64,000 nucleotides of DNA from Methanobacteriota archaeon (GCA_003139855.1 PLGY01000025.1:9289-73288); one strand, 5' to 3'; shown: positions 46,291 through 55,688, counted from the stretch's first letter. The notes: generated by a model from the sequence alone, not told the origin. Translations and numbers: made by a program.

Positions 46291-47379
46291 CTAAATCGGT
46301 TTTTTCGCCATCCTGTAGCTCGATCCGTCAAATAGTTCTTCTTCTATTCGTATAAGTTCATTGATTTTTGCAGTGCTCTGTCTACCCTTGATGCTTAGTT
46401 TGACAAAGGGAGCGGACAAAGCAACAGCCAGCTGCGACGGTGATGCGTCGCAGGTCGCAGAATTGTCGGTAAGCAGAGCGCAGCTGCGGCCATTGGTTCT
46501 CTCCCGGGAGTACGTTTCGAAAACGCTCGAAACCGTACCTGTGGGCGCAATTAATGCAAGATTGGCCTCCTTATCGCTCTTCGGGGAATGCGCATCCGCA
46601 ATTCTCGTGTCGAGATCCGCCTGTGACGCTATCAGACACGTCGCTTCCAGCTCATCGGTTAGCTCTCGCTGAAACTCAGACTCTGTTCGGTCGAAGGGAT
46701 CTTCGATGTAATACAGATCGTACTGACGGGCGAGATCTAGCAGATATCGCAGTCGGCTGGTTCCCGTCGTGGAGGCATGGTCCGCAAAACTAAGCTTGCC
46801 CTGCGCGTGCTTCGAAGCTTTGAAATCCACTCCTAGCCTGATCTCGAAGCCAAACCTGCTACTTACATCGCTCGTGATTGCAGTCAACCGATTCAAAATG
46901 TCGGCGTGAGCAGAGTCTCCAGGGATATCCAGATTATTGAACTCTCGATGGATGCTTGCTAGCGAAGCAATTGCGCTGGCAAATGAGCCCGCTCCTTTTG
47001 GAATACCAAAATAATCAGCGCCGGCGCTAAAGATTTTTAGCAGAGGGTAGGGCATAGCATTCGCAAAGAAGCCGCCGAGGTAGCGATACAACGGCATTCC
47101 CAGAGAGGCCGCTGCTGCACTTGCAATTGCAACTGAGAAAGCCATACGTATATTGGGCAATGAAAAGATACTCTCTAGCACTTCGTCGATTTCTGCCTGC
47201 TGACTCACCTCCCTGCCGATGAGTGTAGCCACTTGTTCTCGCGCCTTTCTTATTGCCTCGCCTGGCGCGGGAAAAGAGCACCGGCCATAGCTGTTTGTGG
47301 TCACTATCTCTACTTCGACCGCGTCCGTCGCGTTTATGTCGAATGCCTTGCTTACAGATACCGCCTCTATCGAGTTCAT
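46291..47379 (-). CDS. Enolase-like protein, divergent and short, with most catalytic motifs replaced
   Basis: It sits at the conserved rpoK-eno-rps2 position. It retains [14 protein letters not shown] and [11 protein letters not shown], but the SGASTG, GDEGG, GDD, LLLKxNQIGT and SHRSGETED motifs are substituted. It is 362 aa, versus about 420-430 aa for typical enolases. Confidence 0.7.
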   Translation of the reverse strand: MNSIEAVSVSKAFDINATDAVEVEIVTTNSYGRCSFPAPGEAIRKAREQVATLIGREVSQQAEIDEVLESIFSLPNIRMAFSVAIASAAAASLGMPLYRYLGGFFANAMPYPLLKIFSAGADYFGIPKGAGSFASAIASLASIHREFNNLDIPGDSAHADILNRLTAITSDVSSRFGFEIRLGVDFKASKHAQGKLSFADHASTTGTSRLRYLLDLARQYDLYYIEDPFDRTESEFQRELTDELEATCLIASQADLDTRIADAHSPKSDKEANLALIAPTGTVSSVFETYSRERTNGRSCALLTDNSATCDASPSQLAVALSAPFVKLSIKGRQSTAKINELIRIEEELFDGSSYRMAKKPI

Positions 47380-47567
47380 CGTGGGGTTCCTCGACGTTTT
47401 ATCGTTATCGGAATGACCCCTTTCTTGAGTTCTTCTAGTGCCATGTCTATAGGATCTGCGGTGCTTGATTCTATCAATGTGGGGGCGCCCATAGAAATCT
47501 GCAGAGCTCGCGCCCCGACGATTCTGGCCCTTTCATAACGAGTGAGTTTTTCAGTAACTTCTTTCAA
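47376..47567 (-). CDS. rpoK: DNA-directed RNA polymerase subunit K (Rpo6)
   Basis: 63 aa with [22 protein letters not shown]. Its stop overlaps the eno-like start (ATGA). Confidence 0.85.
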   Translation of the reverse strand: MKEVTEKLTRYERARIVGARALQISMGAPTLIESSTADPIDMALEELKKGVIPITIKRRGTPR

Positions 47568-47596
47568 TGACTCCCCTCCATTTTAAAGGGCTCGCA

Positions 47597-47670
47597 TGGG
47601 GTTGCTGAGATTCGAACTCAGGTTACGGCGTCCCGAACGCCGTAGGATATCCAGGCTACCCCACAACCCC
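47597..47670 (-). tRNA. tRNA-Pro(CGG)
   Basis: Hand fold. The acceptor is GGGGTTG/CAACCCC. The anticodon stem is CGGCG/CGCCG with loop TTCGGGA. The T arm is CTGAG-TTCGAAT-CTCAG. Confidence 0.9.
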
Positions 47671-47673
47671 TTG

Positions 47674-47862
47674 TCATTGATACGGAGCAAAAATATCAAC
47701 AAGCTCTTTGTGAGTCAAAAGCATTCTGCGACAGCAGTATCGCTTTACGCCAAGATCGTCCAACACCATCTTCGGCTCTTCTCCAGCACTTATACGCTCC
47801 TTGTACTGATCCCAGTGTTTCGATATCACTGCACCACACGTAAAGCATCTTACGGGTATCAT
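47674..47862 (-). CDS. rpoN: DNA-directed RNA polymerase subunit N (Rpo10)
   Basis: MIPVRCFTCGAVISKHWDQY...KRYCCRRM is the canonical Rpo10 zinc motif. Confidence 0.9.
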   Translation of the reverse strand: MIPVRCFTCGAVISKHWDQYKERISAGEEPKMVLDDLGVKRYCCRRMLLTHKELVDIFAPYQ

Positions 47863-47874
47863 CTCTTAGCCTTA

Positions 47875-48279
47875 TTATCTATAGGATTTTTGTCGCCGAG
47901 CTCGTGCGCCTCGGCCGCCAAATTTCTTTGGCTCTTTCTGCCGGTAGTCACTCACAAGGAGTGTTCGGTCTTGTTTTAGAAATAGATCTTTGATACTCAG
48001 ATCGTTCGTCCAGTCAATTAATCCGCGCGCTATGGCTGTTCGGGCTGCGTCGGCCTGTCCGACGACTCCTCCACCTCGGACGGTCACCCTGATATCAAGT
48101 CCTTTTGCTAAATCGCCGGCAATGTTCAACGGTTCTTGGATCTTCTCTCGCACAACTGCGGGCTCAACGACGTTGAGAAGCTTTTTGTTGATCCTCACCA
48201 CGCCTTGTCCTTCTTTGAAAGAAGCCCGTGCGATTGAGGTTTTGCGTTTGCCGCTTGAGTTGATTGTTTTTTGGGCCAT
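47875..48279 (-). CDS. rps9: 30S ribosomal protein uS9
   Basis: It has [12 protein letters not shown] near the N-terminus and ends in ...RRQKSYR. The ATG at 48279 avoids overlap with rpl13. Confidence 0.9.
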   Translation of the reverse strand: MAQKTINSSGKRKTSIARASFKEGQGVVRINKKLLNVVEPAVVREKIQEPLNIAGDLAKGLDIRVTVRGGGVVGQADAARTAIARGLIDWTNDLSIKDLFLKQDRTLLVSDYRQKEPKKFGGRGARARRQKSYR

Positions 48280-48289
48280 GTGTCTGATC

Positions 48290-48709
48290 CTATTTCTTAG
48301 CCCCAAGTTGTTGGGAGATCTTTCCTACCTCGACAACCTTAATGGTGCTCAATCTTCTTTTTTGCGCGCGTTCAAGCGTTTCAGCATTGACACTGGAAAG
48401 CTCGGCTGGCGTTCCAACGTAAACTCGGAGCCGTCCCAATGCAGCCCTGCCGACCGATCTTTTATACGGCAACATCCCTCGAACCGTACGTCGGAGAATC
48501 ATGTCTGAACGCTTAGGAAAATATGGTCCTTTTTCTTTGGAACCTTTTTTTCGCAGGGTTTGATACTTTGACAGCGTGGTTACTGGTGACCCTGAAACTA
48601 CTGCTCTTTCCGCGTTAATAACGTCGATCTCTTCACCGGATAACAGTCTTTGAGCTACGATGCTGGCAAGACGCCCGAGTATCAATCCATTAGCGTCAAT
48701 TACTGTCAC
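48290..48709 (-). CDS. rpl13: 50S ribosomal protein uL13
   Basis: [21 protein letters not shown] is the typical archaeal uL13 N-terminus. Confidence 0.9.
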   Translation of the reverse strand: MTVIDANGLILGRLASIVAQRLLSGEEIDVINAERAVVSGSPVTTLSKYQTLRKKGSKEKGPYFPKRSDMILRRTVRGMLPYKRSVGRAALGRLRVYVGTPAELSSVNAETLERAQKRRLSTIKVVEVGKISQQLGAKK

Positions 48710-48728
48710 AATCTGTCTCTCCTACACT

Positions 48729-49097
48729 TCAACGTATGATCTTCACGTGACTGCCCGTTGGAGATACTTGGGCGATTTCATCGAGCGACAAGACGATCCC
48801 TCCCGCTCTAAGGATTTTTGACCGGGCGCTATCACTAAAACTCGGCGCGCCTATAGATATCGGATGGTCGATTGATCCTGCGCCGAGCACTTTACCAGCG
48901 ACTATAACTACGTCGCCCGAGGTCGTATGTCGGTTGAGCCGGCTCAAATTGACTTTGGCGTAGCTATTTGATGGCGCCTCCAACCTCCTAGCAAGCTCTC
49001 TCCAAATATTTGCTTGATGCTGCCGTGCGTGCGCTTTGAAAGCGTCTATCTGTAACATCAACTGAGGATTGGTCTTCCGTATTCCGTGCTTTGCCAT
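48729..49097 (-). CDS. rpl18e: 50S ribosomal protein L18e
   Basis: The protein begins AKHGIRKTNPQL. Gene order is rpoD-L18e-L13-S9. I chose the ATG at 49097, which follows GGAGAT. Confidence 0.85.
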   Translation of the reverse strand: MAKHGIRKTNPQLMLQIDAFKAHARQHQANIWRELARRLEAPSNSYAKVNLSRLNRHTTSGDVVIVAGKVLGAGSIDHPISIGAPSFSDSARSKILRAGGIVLSLDEIAQVSPTGSHVKIIR

Positions 49098-49121
49098 GTT
49101 ATCTCCTGTCACCATTTCGAA

Positions 49122-49206
49122 TGCGGGGGGTGCGATTTGAACGCACGAACTCCTATGAGACTAGGCCCTCAACCTAGCGCCTTTGACCAAGCTTGGCAAC
49201 CCCCGC
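49122..49206 (-). tRNA. tRNA-Leu(GAG), no intron
   Basis: Hand fold. The acceptor and T arm are the same as in the tRNA at 9721-9826. The anticodon stem is CTAGG/CCTAG with loop TTGAGGG. A long variable arm is present. Confidence 0.9.
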
Positions 49207-49992
49207 CTATCCAAACGTTCCGAGGTACGTAGCTAATTCGCTGGCCCTGTTCATCAAAGACTCAACTGACGTCGTCAGCAGATCTATGCAGCTCATTGAC
49301 CCGTCTGACTCTGTATAGAACAAAAAGCGCTGCGGGTCGCCGGTGACTGAGATCGCGTGTGTGTCGCAGGCTTCCACGCACAAGTTGCAAAGGGTGCATT
49401 GAAGTTCGTCAGCGATGTGCACGGATCCGTTTTCGTACCGGATGATCCCTCGGGGGCAGGCGTCGACACATTCTTTACATCCGTTGCACTCTTGGACAGA
49501 AAACTTCGGCAAGTACTTGTAGCTTGTCGCGATTGCAGACTGAAATTTAGCGTGGTTTTTGGCGCTGCCTTTTCGTGCAATTGCTTCAAGCAGCAATTGT
49601 TGGCCCTCAAAAAGCTTTATTATGGGTATGTTGCCGTCGGCGGGAACCACTTCGGCATCGGCGGACGCTAAGTCCCTTGAGTAGACAGTGGCGGGTCCCT
49701 GCACGTTCAAGGTCATTGACACTTGACATTGAAAGCATCCTTCCCCGTTGCAGGAACACTCAGACGCGGAGAGATAGTGTTTCCCTCCTGTGAGCGGAAT
49801 GAGTCCTAGACGAAGCGCAAGCATCTCGTCGAACAGGACTGACGTATTGTTGTAAAAGTTGACATCATCGATCGACATCGTTCGGACGTCAGCCATCATG
49901 CTCCGTCTAATGCTGTTCACTAACGCTGGTGCCGTGTCCGAAATTATGAAACGCGCACGTCTATCTGTAAGTTCTAGGAATTCTAAATCCAT
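49207..49992 (-). CDS. rpoD: DNA-directed RNA polymerase subunit D (Rpo3) with two ferredoxin-like Cys motifs
   Basis: 261 aa. The N-terminus is FIISDTAPALVNSIRR. It carries CNGCKECVDACP and CTLCNLCVEACD (2 x CxxCxxCxxxC). Confidence 0.85.
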   Translation of the reverse strand: MDLEFLELTDRRARFIISDTAPALVNSIRRSMMADVRTMSIDDVNFYNNTSVLFDEMLALRLGLIPLTGGKHYLSASECSCNGEGCFQCQVSMTLNVQGPATVYSRDLASADAEVVPADGNIPIIKLFEGQQLLLEAIARKGSAKNHAKFQSAIATSYKYLPKFSVQECNGCKECVDACPRGIIRYENGSVHIADELQCTLCNLCVEACDTHAISVTGDPQRFLFYTESDGSMSCIDLLTTSVESLMNRASELATYLGTFG

Positions 49993-50007
49993 GTTGTATC
50001 AGAAATG

Positions 50008-50397
50008 TTAGATCCTGCGTCCCCTTCTGCCTCCGGGCGACCGCGTGCCGTCATGAGGGATGGGGGTTACATCTTCTATTCTCCCTATTTTTAATCCAGC
50101 TCTTGAAAGTGCCCTTATTGCAGCTTGTGCTCCTGGACCAGGGCTCCGCTGTCCATTCCCGCCCGGGGCTCTAACCCTTACGTGAACGCCGAGGACGCCT
50201 TTATCCAGTGCCTGTTCGGCTGCGCTCGTGGCAAGCTGCATGGCAGCATAAGGCGAACTCTCGTTGCGGTCTTGCTTGACAACCATGCCCCCTGATGATT
50301 TTGCTATGGTCTCGGCTCCACTAAGATCTGTAATGGTAATAATCGTATTATTGAACGATGCAAAGATATGGGCAATTCCCCACTTTCGCTCGGCCAT
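50008..50397 (-). CDS. rps11: 30S ribosomal protein uS11
   Basis: [19 protein letters not shown] is the canonical uS11 sequence. Confidence 0.9.
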   Translation of the reverse strand: MAERKWGIAHIFASFNNTIITITDLSGAETIAKSSGGMVVKQDRNESSPYAAMQLATSAAEQALDKGVLGVHVRVRAPGGNGQRSPGPGAQAAIRALSRAGLKIGRIEDVTPIPHDGTRSPGGRRGRRI

Positions 50398-50405
50398 AAT
50401 CTATG

Positions 50406-50948
50406 TCACGCTCCGTCGCTCGCTCGCTTCTCGGAACCGTCGACTTCGCGGAGCGGAGATCCGACGTAGTATCCGATGAGCGCTTGCTCACTTGTGGGGA
50501 GAACGTAGCTTGGAATGGTTACTCTACGTCCTGCGACTGCGATATGTCCGTGGACAATAAGTTGCCTGGCGTGCTTGGCGGAATTAGCTAAACCTTGCTT
50601 GTGGACTTGGGTTTGTAGCCGCCTCTCCATTAAATCCTCACTTGCCAAGGTGAGTACGTCGTCCAGAGATGAGTCATATTTGATCAGACCTATACGTTTT
50701 AATCGGTCGAGGAATCGTTGCGTCTCAAACTTCGCGTGTTCACCACGCTCACCAACCTCTTGAATGTCGAAGAGCAATTTCCGCGCCTCACGTCGGTACT
50801 TCCTCAACGTCGTGGCGACTTTCCAGACTTCTCTCTTGTTTTTCAAACCGTAACTTCTCACGAGCTCGGCTTCTTCGCCGATCCTTGCTCCCTGCCATGG
50901 GTGACTGGGCGTATCAAAAGTTTTTCTGCTTTTGCCAGGATACCCCAT
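50406..50948 (-). CDS. rps4: 30S ribosomal protein uS4
   Basis: It has MGYPGKSRKTFDTPSHPW and an S4 RNA-binding domain. Confidence 0.9.
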   Translation of the reverse strand: MGYPGKSRKTFDTPSHPWQGARIGEEAELVRSYGLKNKREVWKVATTLRKYRREARKLLFDIQEVGERGEHAKFETQRFLDRLKRIGLIKYDSSLDDVLTLASEDLMERRLQTQVHKQGLANSAKHARQLIVHGHIAVAGRRVTIPSYVLPTSEQALIGYYVGSPLREVDGSEKRASDGA

Positions 50949-50966
50949 CTCTCACACCTTCTTTAA

Positions 50967-51473
50967 TTACCGCTTTTTGCGTTGTACGCCTACCGTCGCA
51001 CCCCTACGTCCTGTCGATTTGGTCCTCTGACCGCGGACTTTGTGTCCTCTCTCGTGGCGAATCCCTGCGTAGCTTCGGGTCTTTTTCATTCGATTAAGAT
51101 CTTCGCGAAGCGCAATATCTAGTTGAGAGCCTAACAGGTGTTGGTCTTCGCCGGTGACGGGGCTTTTCTTGTAGTTAAACATCCAAGCCGGAACGTGCTG
51201 ATCAAAACTAGCGACAGAATCCCTCAGCCTCTCTATTTGCTCGTCGTCCAGATAGCCCATCGTGTCTCTAGGGTTTACATTGGCGCTTTGAGTCAGAATT
51301 CGCGCCGTTCGTATACCAACGCCTTTCAAACCTGTGAGTGCGTACTGGACTGCTTTTTTTCCATCCAGATCCGTTTGCGCGATTCGTACTATATACTTGA
51401 TCTCGTCGTGTTCTGGCTGTTCCTTGTCACCATTGGGCACGTCAATACCTCGCGTGTGTGGCATTTTAACCAA
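50967..51473 (-). CDS. rps13: 30S ribosomal protein uS13
   Basis: It has IVRIAQTDLDGKK...LTGLKGVGIRTA and a basic C-terminus. Confidence 0.9.
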   Translation of the reverse strand: MVKMPHTRGIDVPNGDKEQPEHDEIKYIVRIAQTDLDGKKAVQYALTGLKGVGIRTARILTQSANVNPRDTMGYLDDEQIERLRDSVASFDQHVPAWMFNYKKSPVTGEDQHLLGSQLDIALREDLNRMKKTRSYAGIRHERGHKVRGQRTKSTGRRGATVGVQRKKR

Positions 51474-51565
51474 TCATCGTATTTATAACTGGCACCCCGA
51501 ATACGCTTTTTTTGCGATACCTCGAAAGATCGGCGCAGCTTCACGGAAACTGAGCCGACAGAAAG

Positions 51566-51652
51566 CGCTGGGGGTGGGATTTGAACCCACGAGTCCCGGT
51601 GGGACACTGGTTTAGCAAACCAGCGCCGTAGACCAAGCTTGGCTACCCCAAC
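51566..51652 (-). tRNA. tRNA-Ser(GCU)
   Basis: Hand fold. The acceptor is GTTGGGG/CCCCAGC. The anticodon stem is CTGGT/ACCAG with loop TTGCTAA. The long variable arm is TGTCCCACCGGGACTC and the T arm is GTGGG-TTCAAAT-CCCAC. Confidence 0.9.
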
Positions 51653-51657
51653 AGCGG

Positions 51658-51968
51658 GTGTGGGCGCACAGAAAGGTCGTCATTCTGCAGCCTGTCAGAG
51701 CTCCCAACTCATTCTCTATCCCGCGACCCTCCGAGCGTCACGCGTCCGCGATAGGTTTGCTCCCTTCCGGGCCTGAACCGGTGCTCACGGTGAGCGCGTG
51801 CCGCTGGTTCTCCAATCAGCAACACACGGCCGTTGACCCCGCAGGACGGAATTTCATTGTCTGAATTGTAAGATGGTCAAACTGCCAAAATGCCTTCCTT
51901 CTGTTTCGCTCCCCACTTGTCGACGTTTTTGGGTTACAGAGGACGCCGAGCCATCCGAGCTAGCCCAG
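51658..51968 (-). ncRNA. Signal recognition particle (7S) RNA; ends approximate
   Basis: The minus strand contains the helix-8 signature GGUUCAGGCCCGGAAGGGAGCAAACC (complement of 51755-51780). An archaeal SRP 5' region is also present: UGGGCUAGCUCGG..GGCGUCCUCUGUAACCC. The length of about 310 nt fits archaeal SRP RNA. The 5' UGGGC can pair with the 3' GCCCA (51661-51665). Confidence 0.75.
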
Positions 51969-51990
51969 TTATCATATAGCTATCAGTATC

Positions 51991-52001
51991 CATAAAATTA
52001 T
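51991..52001 (-). promoter_or_regulatory. Candidate TATA element for SRP RNA
   Basis: The minus strand reads ATAATTTTATG, about 22-30 nt upstream of the inferred SRP RNA 5' end. Confidence 0.35.
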
Positions 52002-52075
52002 CGCTGAACTTGCTTGCAAAAGCCGCTGCGCCCTTGTTGTCAACTTGATCAGCTCAATGTTTGAGATCGCTGGCG

Positions 52076-53488
52076 CTAGCCCTTGATGACCCCCATGGGG
52101 GTGAGCCGCGCAACGGCTTCTGAGATGCCGAGCTTTGAAACGACGTCGATGACCTCGTCTATCGGCTTGTACGCTTCTGGTGCCTCTTCTGGCACTGACG
52201 AAAGATCATCAGTTTTTATCACGATGTGTTTTCGCTGCAGACCCTCTGTAACGCCTCTCCAAGTCAAAGAGCGTCTCGCAGCTTTCCGGCTGAGAATTCG
52301 ACCTGCCCCGTGGCACGTCGATCCGAAGGTAGTGCTCATTGCTTTTTTGGTGCCGTGCAGAACGTAAGAGGCAGTTCCCATGCTGCCGGGGATGAGCACT
52401 GGCTGTTCGATTCCATAACTGTCATCCTTGTCGAATGCTCTTGTGGCGCCTTTACGATGCACGTACACCTCTTTGCGTCCTCCATCGATCGTGTGTTTTT
52501 CTAGCTTTGCAATATTGTGCGCCACATCGTATACGAGGGTTGCAGTCGTGTTGAACTGCTGCTCCAGAACGTCTCGTACCCAATATGACATTACTTGCCT
52601 ATTTGTCCACGCGTAGTTGGCAGCGGCTGCCATTGCGCTGAAGTAGTCTCGTGCTTCTTGTGAGTCTGCAGGAACGCACGCCAGTTGCTTATCGGGGAGT
52701 TCGATAGAATATTTGCGACTCGCTGCTTGAAACATTTTCAAGTAGTCAGTGCAGATTTGATGGCCAGCCCCCCGTGATCCTGAATGAAGCATTATGCAGA
52801 CTTGCTGTTCTTTCAAACCAAACAAATCTGCGGCCTTTTTATCAAAGACGCGATCAACGCATTGAGTCTCTAAAAAGTGGTTTCCACTTCCTAGACTTCC
52901 AAGCTGGGGTTTGCCCCTTTTTTTTGCCAGCGGACTGACTTTTGTAGGATCTGCACCATCCAAACAGCCATTGCTCTCGCAGTGCTTCAGATCTGCAGGG
53001 TTTCCGTATCCCCGATTAACGGCCCACTTTGCCCCATCCAAGAACACGCCGTCAAGCTCTTTTTCGGAGAGCCGCAGCTGTCCCTTCGAGCCAAGTCCCG
53101 ACGGAATGGCTTCAAATAGTGCTGTTGTCAGCTCATTAATCCTTGGCTCAATTTCTTCCTTGAACAAGGTCGTCACTAGGAGCCTCGTGCCGCAGTTGAT
53201 ATCGAACCCAACCCCTCCTGGCGAGAGGATGCCTTCGCTAACGTCGAACGCGGCAACGCCGCCGATGGGAAAACCATAGCCCGTGTGCACATCAGGCATC
53301 GCGAGTGACCATTTCTGGATTCCGGGCAGCGTCGCGACGTTCGCTACTTGTTGTATCGCTCCTCTCTCGAGGTATTTCATAAGGACTTCTGACAAGAAGA
53401 TTCGACCAGGGACACGCATCCGTAGCGCTGCGTCCTGCGGCACTTCCCAAACATACTCGCCTCGCTTGACCAATTCTTCGAACGCCAT
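52076..53488 (-). CDS. rtcB: RNA-splicing ligase RtcB
   Basis: 470 aa with PDVHTGYGFPIGGVAA, GFDINCG, GSGNHF and STCHGAGR. Confidence 0.9.
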   Translation of the reverse strand: MAFEELVKRGEYVWEVPQDAALRMRVPGRIFLSEVLMKYLERGAIQQVANVATLPGIQKWSLAMPDVHTGYGFPIGGVAAFDVSEGILSPGGVGFDINCGTRLLVTTLFKEEIEPRINELTTALFEAIPSGLGSKGQLRLSEKELDGVFLDGAKWAVNRGYGNPADLKHCESNGCLDGADPTKVSPLAKKRGKPQLGSLGSGNHFLETQCVDRVFDKKAADLFGLKEQQVCIMLHSGSRGAGHQICTDYLKMFQAASRKYSIELPDKQLACVPADSQEARDYFSAMAAAANYAWTNRQVMSYWVRDVLEQQFNTTATLVYDVAHNIAKLEKHTIDGGRKEVYVHRKGATRAFDKDDSYGIEQPVLIPGSMGTASYVLHGTKKAMSTTFGSTCHGAGRILSRKAARRSLTWRGVTEGLQRKHIVIKTDDLSSVPEEAPEAYKPIDEVIDVVSKLGISEAVARLTPMGVIKG

Positions 53489-53496
53489 CGAACCTC

Positions 53497-53907
53497 CTAT
53501 ACGTCCAGCGTTACCTCTGCGTGATAGATGTCATTTTTCGTCACTGCTAGATTGTGATATGTCACCGCTTTTACTTCTGTGTTTAGTCTATGCCTGTTTA
53601 GATCTAATATTTCGCCTAGACAGTCAGCAGTTAGCGACAAACCCACAATCCTGACGAAGCATTTCTTAAGAGCAAAGCGCTCGACTTCAAACGTGATCAG
53701 AAGCTCAGAAAGCCAGTCGTACAGCAAGTTTTCGTAAGAGTCGGAACCCATCTCTATGTTTAAAGTTTCTCCTAGTGCCACTTCATCGAGAAGAACCATT
53801 GTGTCTTCGAGAGCTTCTGCCGCATTTTTGAATAGCTCGTTTAAGTCTCTTCCGTACGCCTTAAAAGTTACATCGGCTGTGTGCTCTAGAAACTCGTATT
53901 TTTGCAT
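53497..53907 (-). CDS. Archease (RtcB activator)
   Basis: 136 aa with FLEHTADVTFKAYGRDLNELFKNAA and ...VKAVTYHNL. It lies immediately upstream of rtcB. Confidence 0.85.
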   Translation of the reverse strand: MQKYEFLEHTADVTFKAYGRDLNELFKNAAEALEDTMVLLDEVALGETLNIEMGSDSYENLLYDWLSELLITFEVERFALKKCFVRIVGLSLTADCLGEILDLNRHRLNTEVKAVTYHNLAVTKNDIYHAEVTLDV

Positions 53908-53969
53908 GCCGCTATCGCATAGGATGTGAACCAGATATTAATATAACATTGGTCAATTAAGGCTAGCCG

Positions 53970-54635
53970 ATGAGACCATATGTCTTTATTAATTCAGCAA
54001 TGAGCGCCGACGGCAAGATTTCCACGGTAGCGAGAAAACAGGTGCGCATTTCTGGAGAAGACGACCTCCGGCGAGTTGATGCGCTAAAAGCGAACGTTGA
54101 TGCTGTCATGATTGGGGTCGGGACCGTTCTTGCGGACGATCCGAAGCTTACGATAAAGTCGGTGGTACTCAAGCGCAAGCGAGTAGACCAGGGGAGAAGT
54201 GAGAGTCCGCTGCGAGTAGTGGTCGATAGCAGCGCACGAACGCCAGCGACTGCGGCCGTTTTGGGGCCAAATGCACTTATTGCGACATCGCAACAGGCCC
54301 CACGTCATCGGGTAGAAGTGCTCAAAACTAAGGCTGAAATAGTCGCTGTCGGAGAGAGCAAAGTGGATCTCACTGCGCTGCTTGGGCGTTTGAAGGATCG
54401 TGGAGTGGAATCCCTCTTGGTGGAGGGTGGCGCAACGCTCAATTTCGCCCTTCTAAGTTTGGGCTTAGTCGATGAGATTTACACATACGTAGGCAACATT
54501 ATTATTGGGGGCAGTGCAGCGCCAACGCTGGTCGATGGAGCGGGCCTGACTAATGACTTTGTTAAGCTCAATCTGCGAGAAATCCGTCAAATCGGCGACG
54601 GCGTGCTCATCAAGTGGAGAGTCGCCGGTTTTTGA
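53970..54635 (+). CDS. 2,5-diamino-6-ribosylamino-4(3H)-pyrimidinone 5'-phosphate reductase (RibD C-terminal domain type)
   Basis: It has MRPYVFINSAMSADGKIS, GTVLADDPKLT and VEGGATLN. Confidence 0.8.
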   Translation: MRPYVFINSAMSADGKISTVARKQVRISGEDDLRRVDALKANVDAVMIGVGTVLADDPKLTIKSVVLKRKRVDQGRSESPLRVVVDSSARTPATAAVLGPNALIATSQQAPRHRVEVLKTKAEIVAVGESKVDLTALLGRLKDRGVESLLVEGGATLNFALLSLGLVDEIYTYVGNIIIGGSAAPTLVDGAGLTNDFVKLNLREIRQIGDGVLIKWRVAGF

Positions 54636-54644
54636 CCTCGACAT

Positions 54645-55688
54645 TCATTGTGCCTCTTGAGCGGCCCCTTCAACTGCTTCTTCGACTACTGGTTGATCTT
54701 GTAGGATCTTTATGCTCACTAGCCCACCTACGACGATATTTAGATAATACGTAATCACTCTCCAGCCGAGGATGAAAATGCCGAGAATTGACGTGCTCAC
54801 AAAGGCTGAATAAATAGCTGCAGTGCTTAGTTCGGCTATGCCGCTGTTTCCCGGCGTGAGTGGAATCATCGCGATCATCATTAGAACTGTTTGGGCAGAA
54901 AATGACGCTAAAATAAACGGCTGTGCTCCGAGGCCGACGAGAATAAGCGAAGCAATGGTAAACTGCAGAAGCCAAAACGCCATCGTAAAAAGAAAACCTT
55001 TGGCCAAAGCTCGTCGTTCATGCTTCAAGTATCGCATAGAGCTATTGTGAAAAACATCGACCTCTCGCAAAGCCTTTTGCATGGCGCTGTCAGCCTTGTC
55101 AACGCCTCTCACTTTGACGAACAGCCAGCGTACTCTTGTCACCACAGACTTCACTTTTCTTGGCTTTGCCATAACGTAGAGCAGGAAGAAAAAGAGTAAG
55201 CCGAAAACTATGGCCGCGATCCCGAAAAGGGCTATGATCCCGGGCGTCGTCTGCACGTACCGGGTAAACAGCAGAAATGCGATCGGGGCAGCTATGCCTA
55301 AGAAAAGCGCATCCAGCATTCTTTCTCCGAGGACGACCGCTGAGGCATCTCCCACGGACAGCTTGCAACCTCGCAACAGCTGAACTCTGGTAACTTCCCC
55401 CCCGGCGTGTCCCGGAGTGATTGCCGCAGCAAAAAGATTTGACAAGACGATCTCGACCGATTTTCTAAACGAGAGCTCGCCCCCTACCGCTTCTGCCATG
55501 GTCTTCATTCGGGCGCCCCAGACGAGCCACGAACCTAACTGAAAGATCAATGCGGCGGCCAAGAAGGCTGGGTGAATTTGTATAAGGCTTCGTAACTGGT
55601 CCGGCGTGATCGTGTAAAATAGGAGCGCTAAGATCGAGATTATGCTGAACGTCAGTGAAATCGCAAGCCACTTTCGCAAGCCGTTCAA
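54645..55688 (-). CDS. UPF0104 / lysyl-PG-synthase-TM-like 'flippase-like' membrane protein
   Basis: 347 aa with about 8 helices and the PGHAGGEVTRV and LTPGNSGIAE motifs typical of this family. Confidence 0.6.
   Translation of the reverse strand: MNGLRKWLAISLTFSIISILALLFYTITPDQLRSLIQIHPAFLAAALIFQLGSWLVWGARMKTMAEAVGGELSFRKSVEIVLSNLFAAAITPGHAGGEVTRVQLLRGCKLSVGDASAVVLGERMLDALFLGIAAPIAFLLFTRYVQTTPGIIALFGIAAIVFGLLFFFLLYVMAKPRKVKSVVTRVRWLFVKVRGVDKADSAMQKALREVDVFHNSSMRYLKHERRALAKGFLFTMAFWLLQFTIASLILVGLGAQPFILASFSAQTVLMMIAMIPLTPGNSGIAELSTAAIYSAFVSTSILGIFILGWRVITYYLNIVVGGLVSIKILQDQPVVEEAVEGAAQEAQ

Noticed and set aside
47596-47979. A 127-aa plus-strand ORF spans tRNA-Pro and rpoN.
   Set aside because: It is antisense to a tRNA and to the highly conserved Rpo10 gene, so it is a shadow ORF.
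51658-51864. A 68-aa plus-strand ORF and a 72-aa minus-strand ORF (51389..51607) lie around the tRNA-Ser/SRP region.
   Set aside because: They overlap structural RNA genes that have strong signatures (the SRP helix-8 motif and the tRNA cloverleaf).
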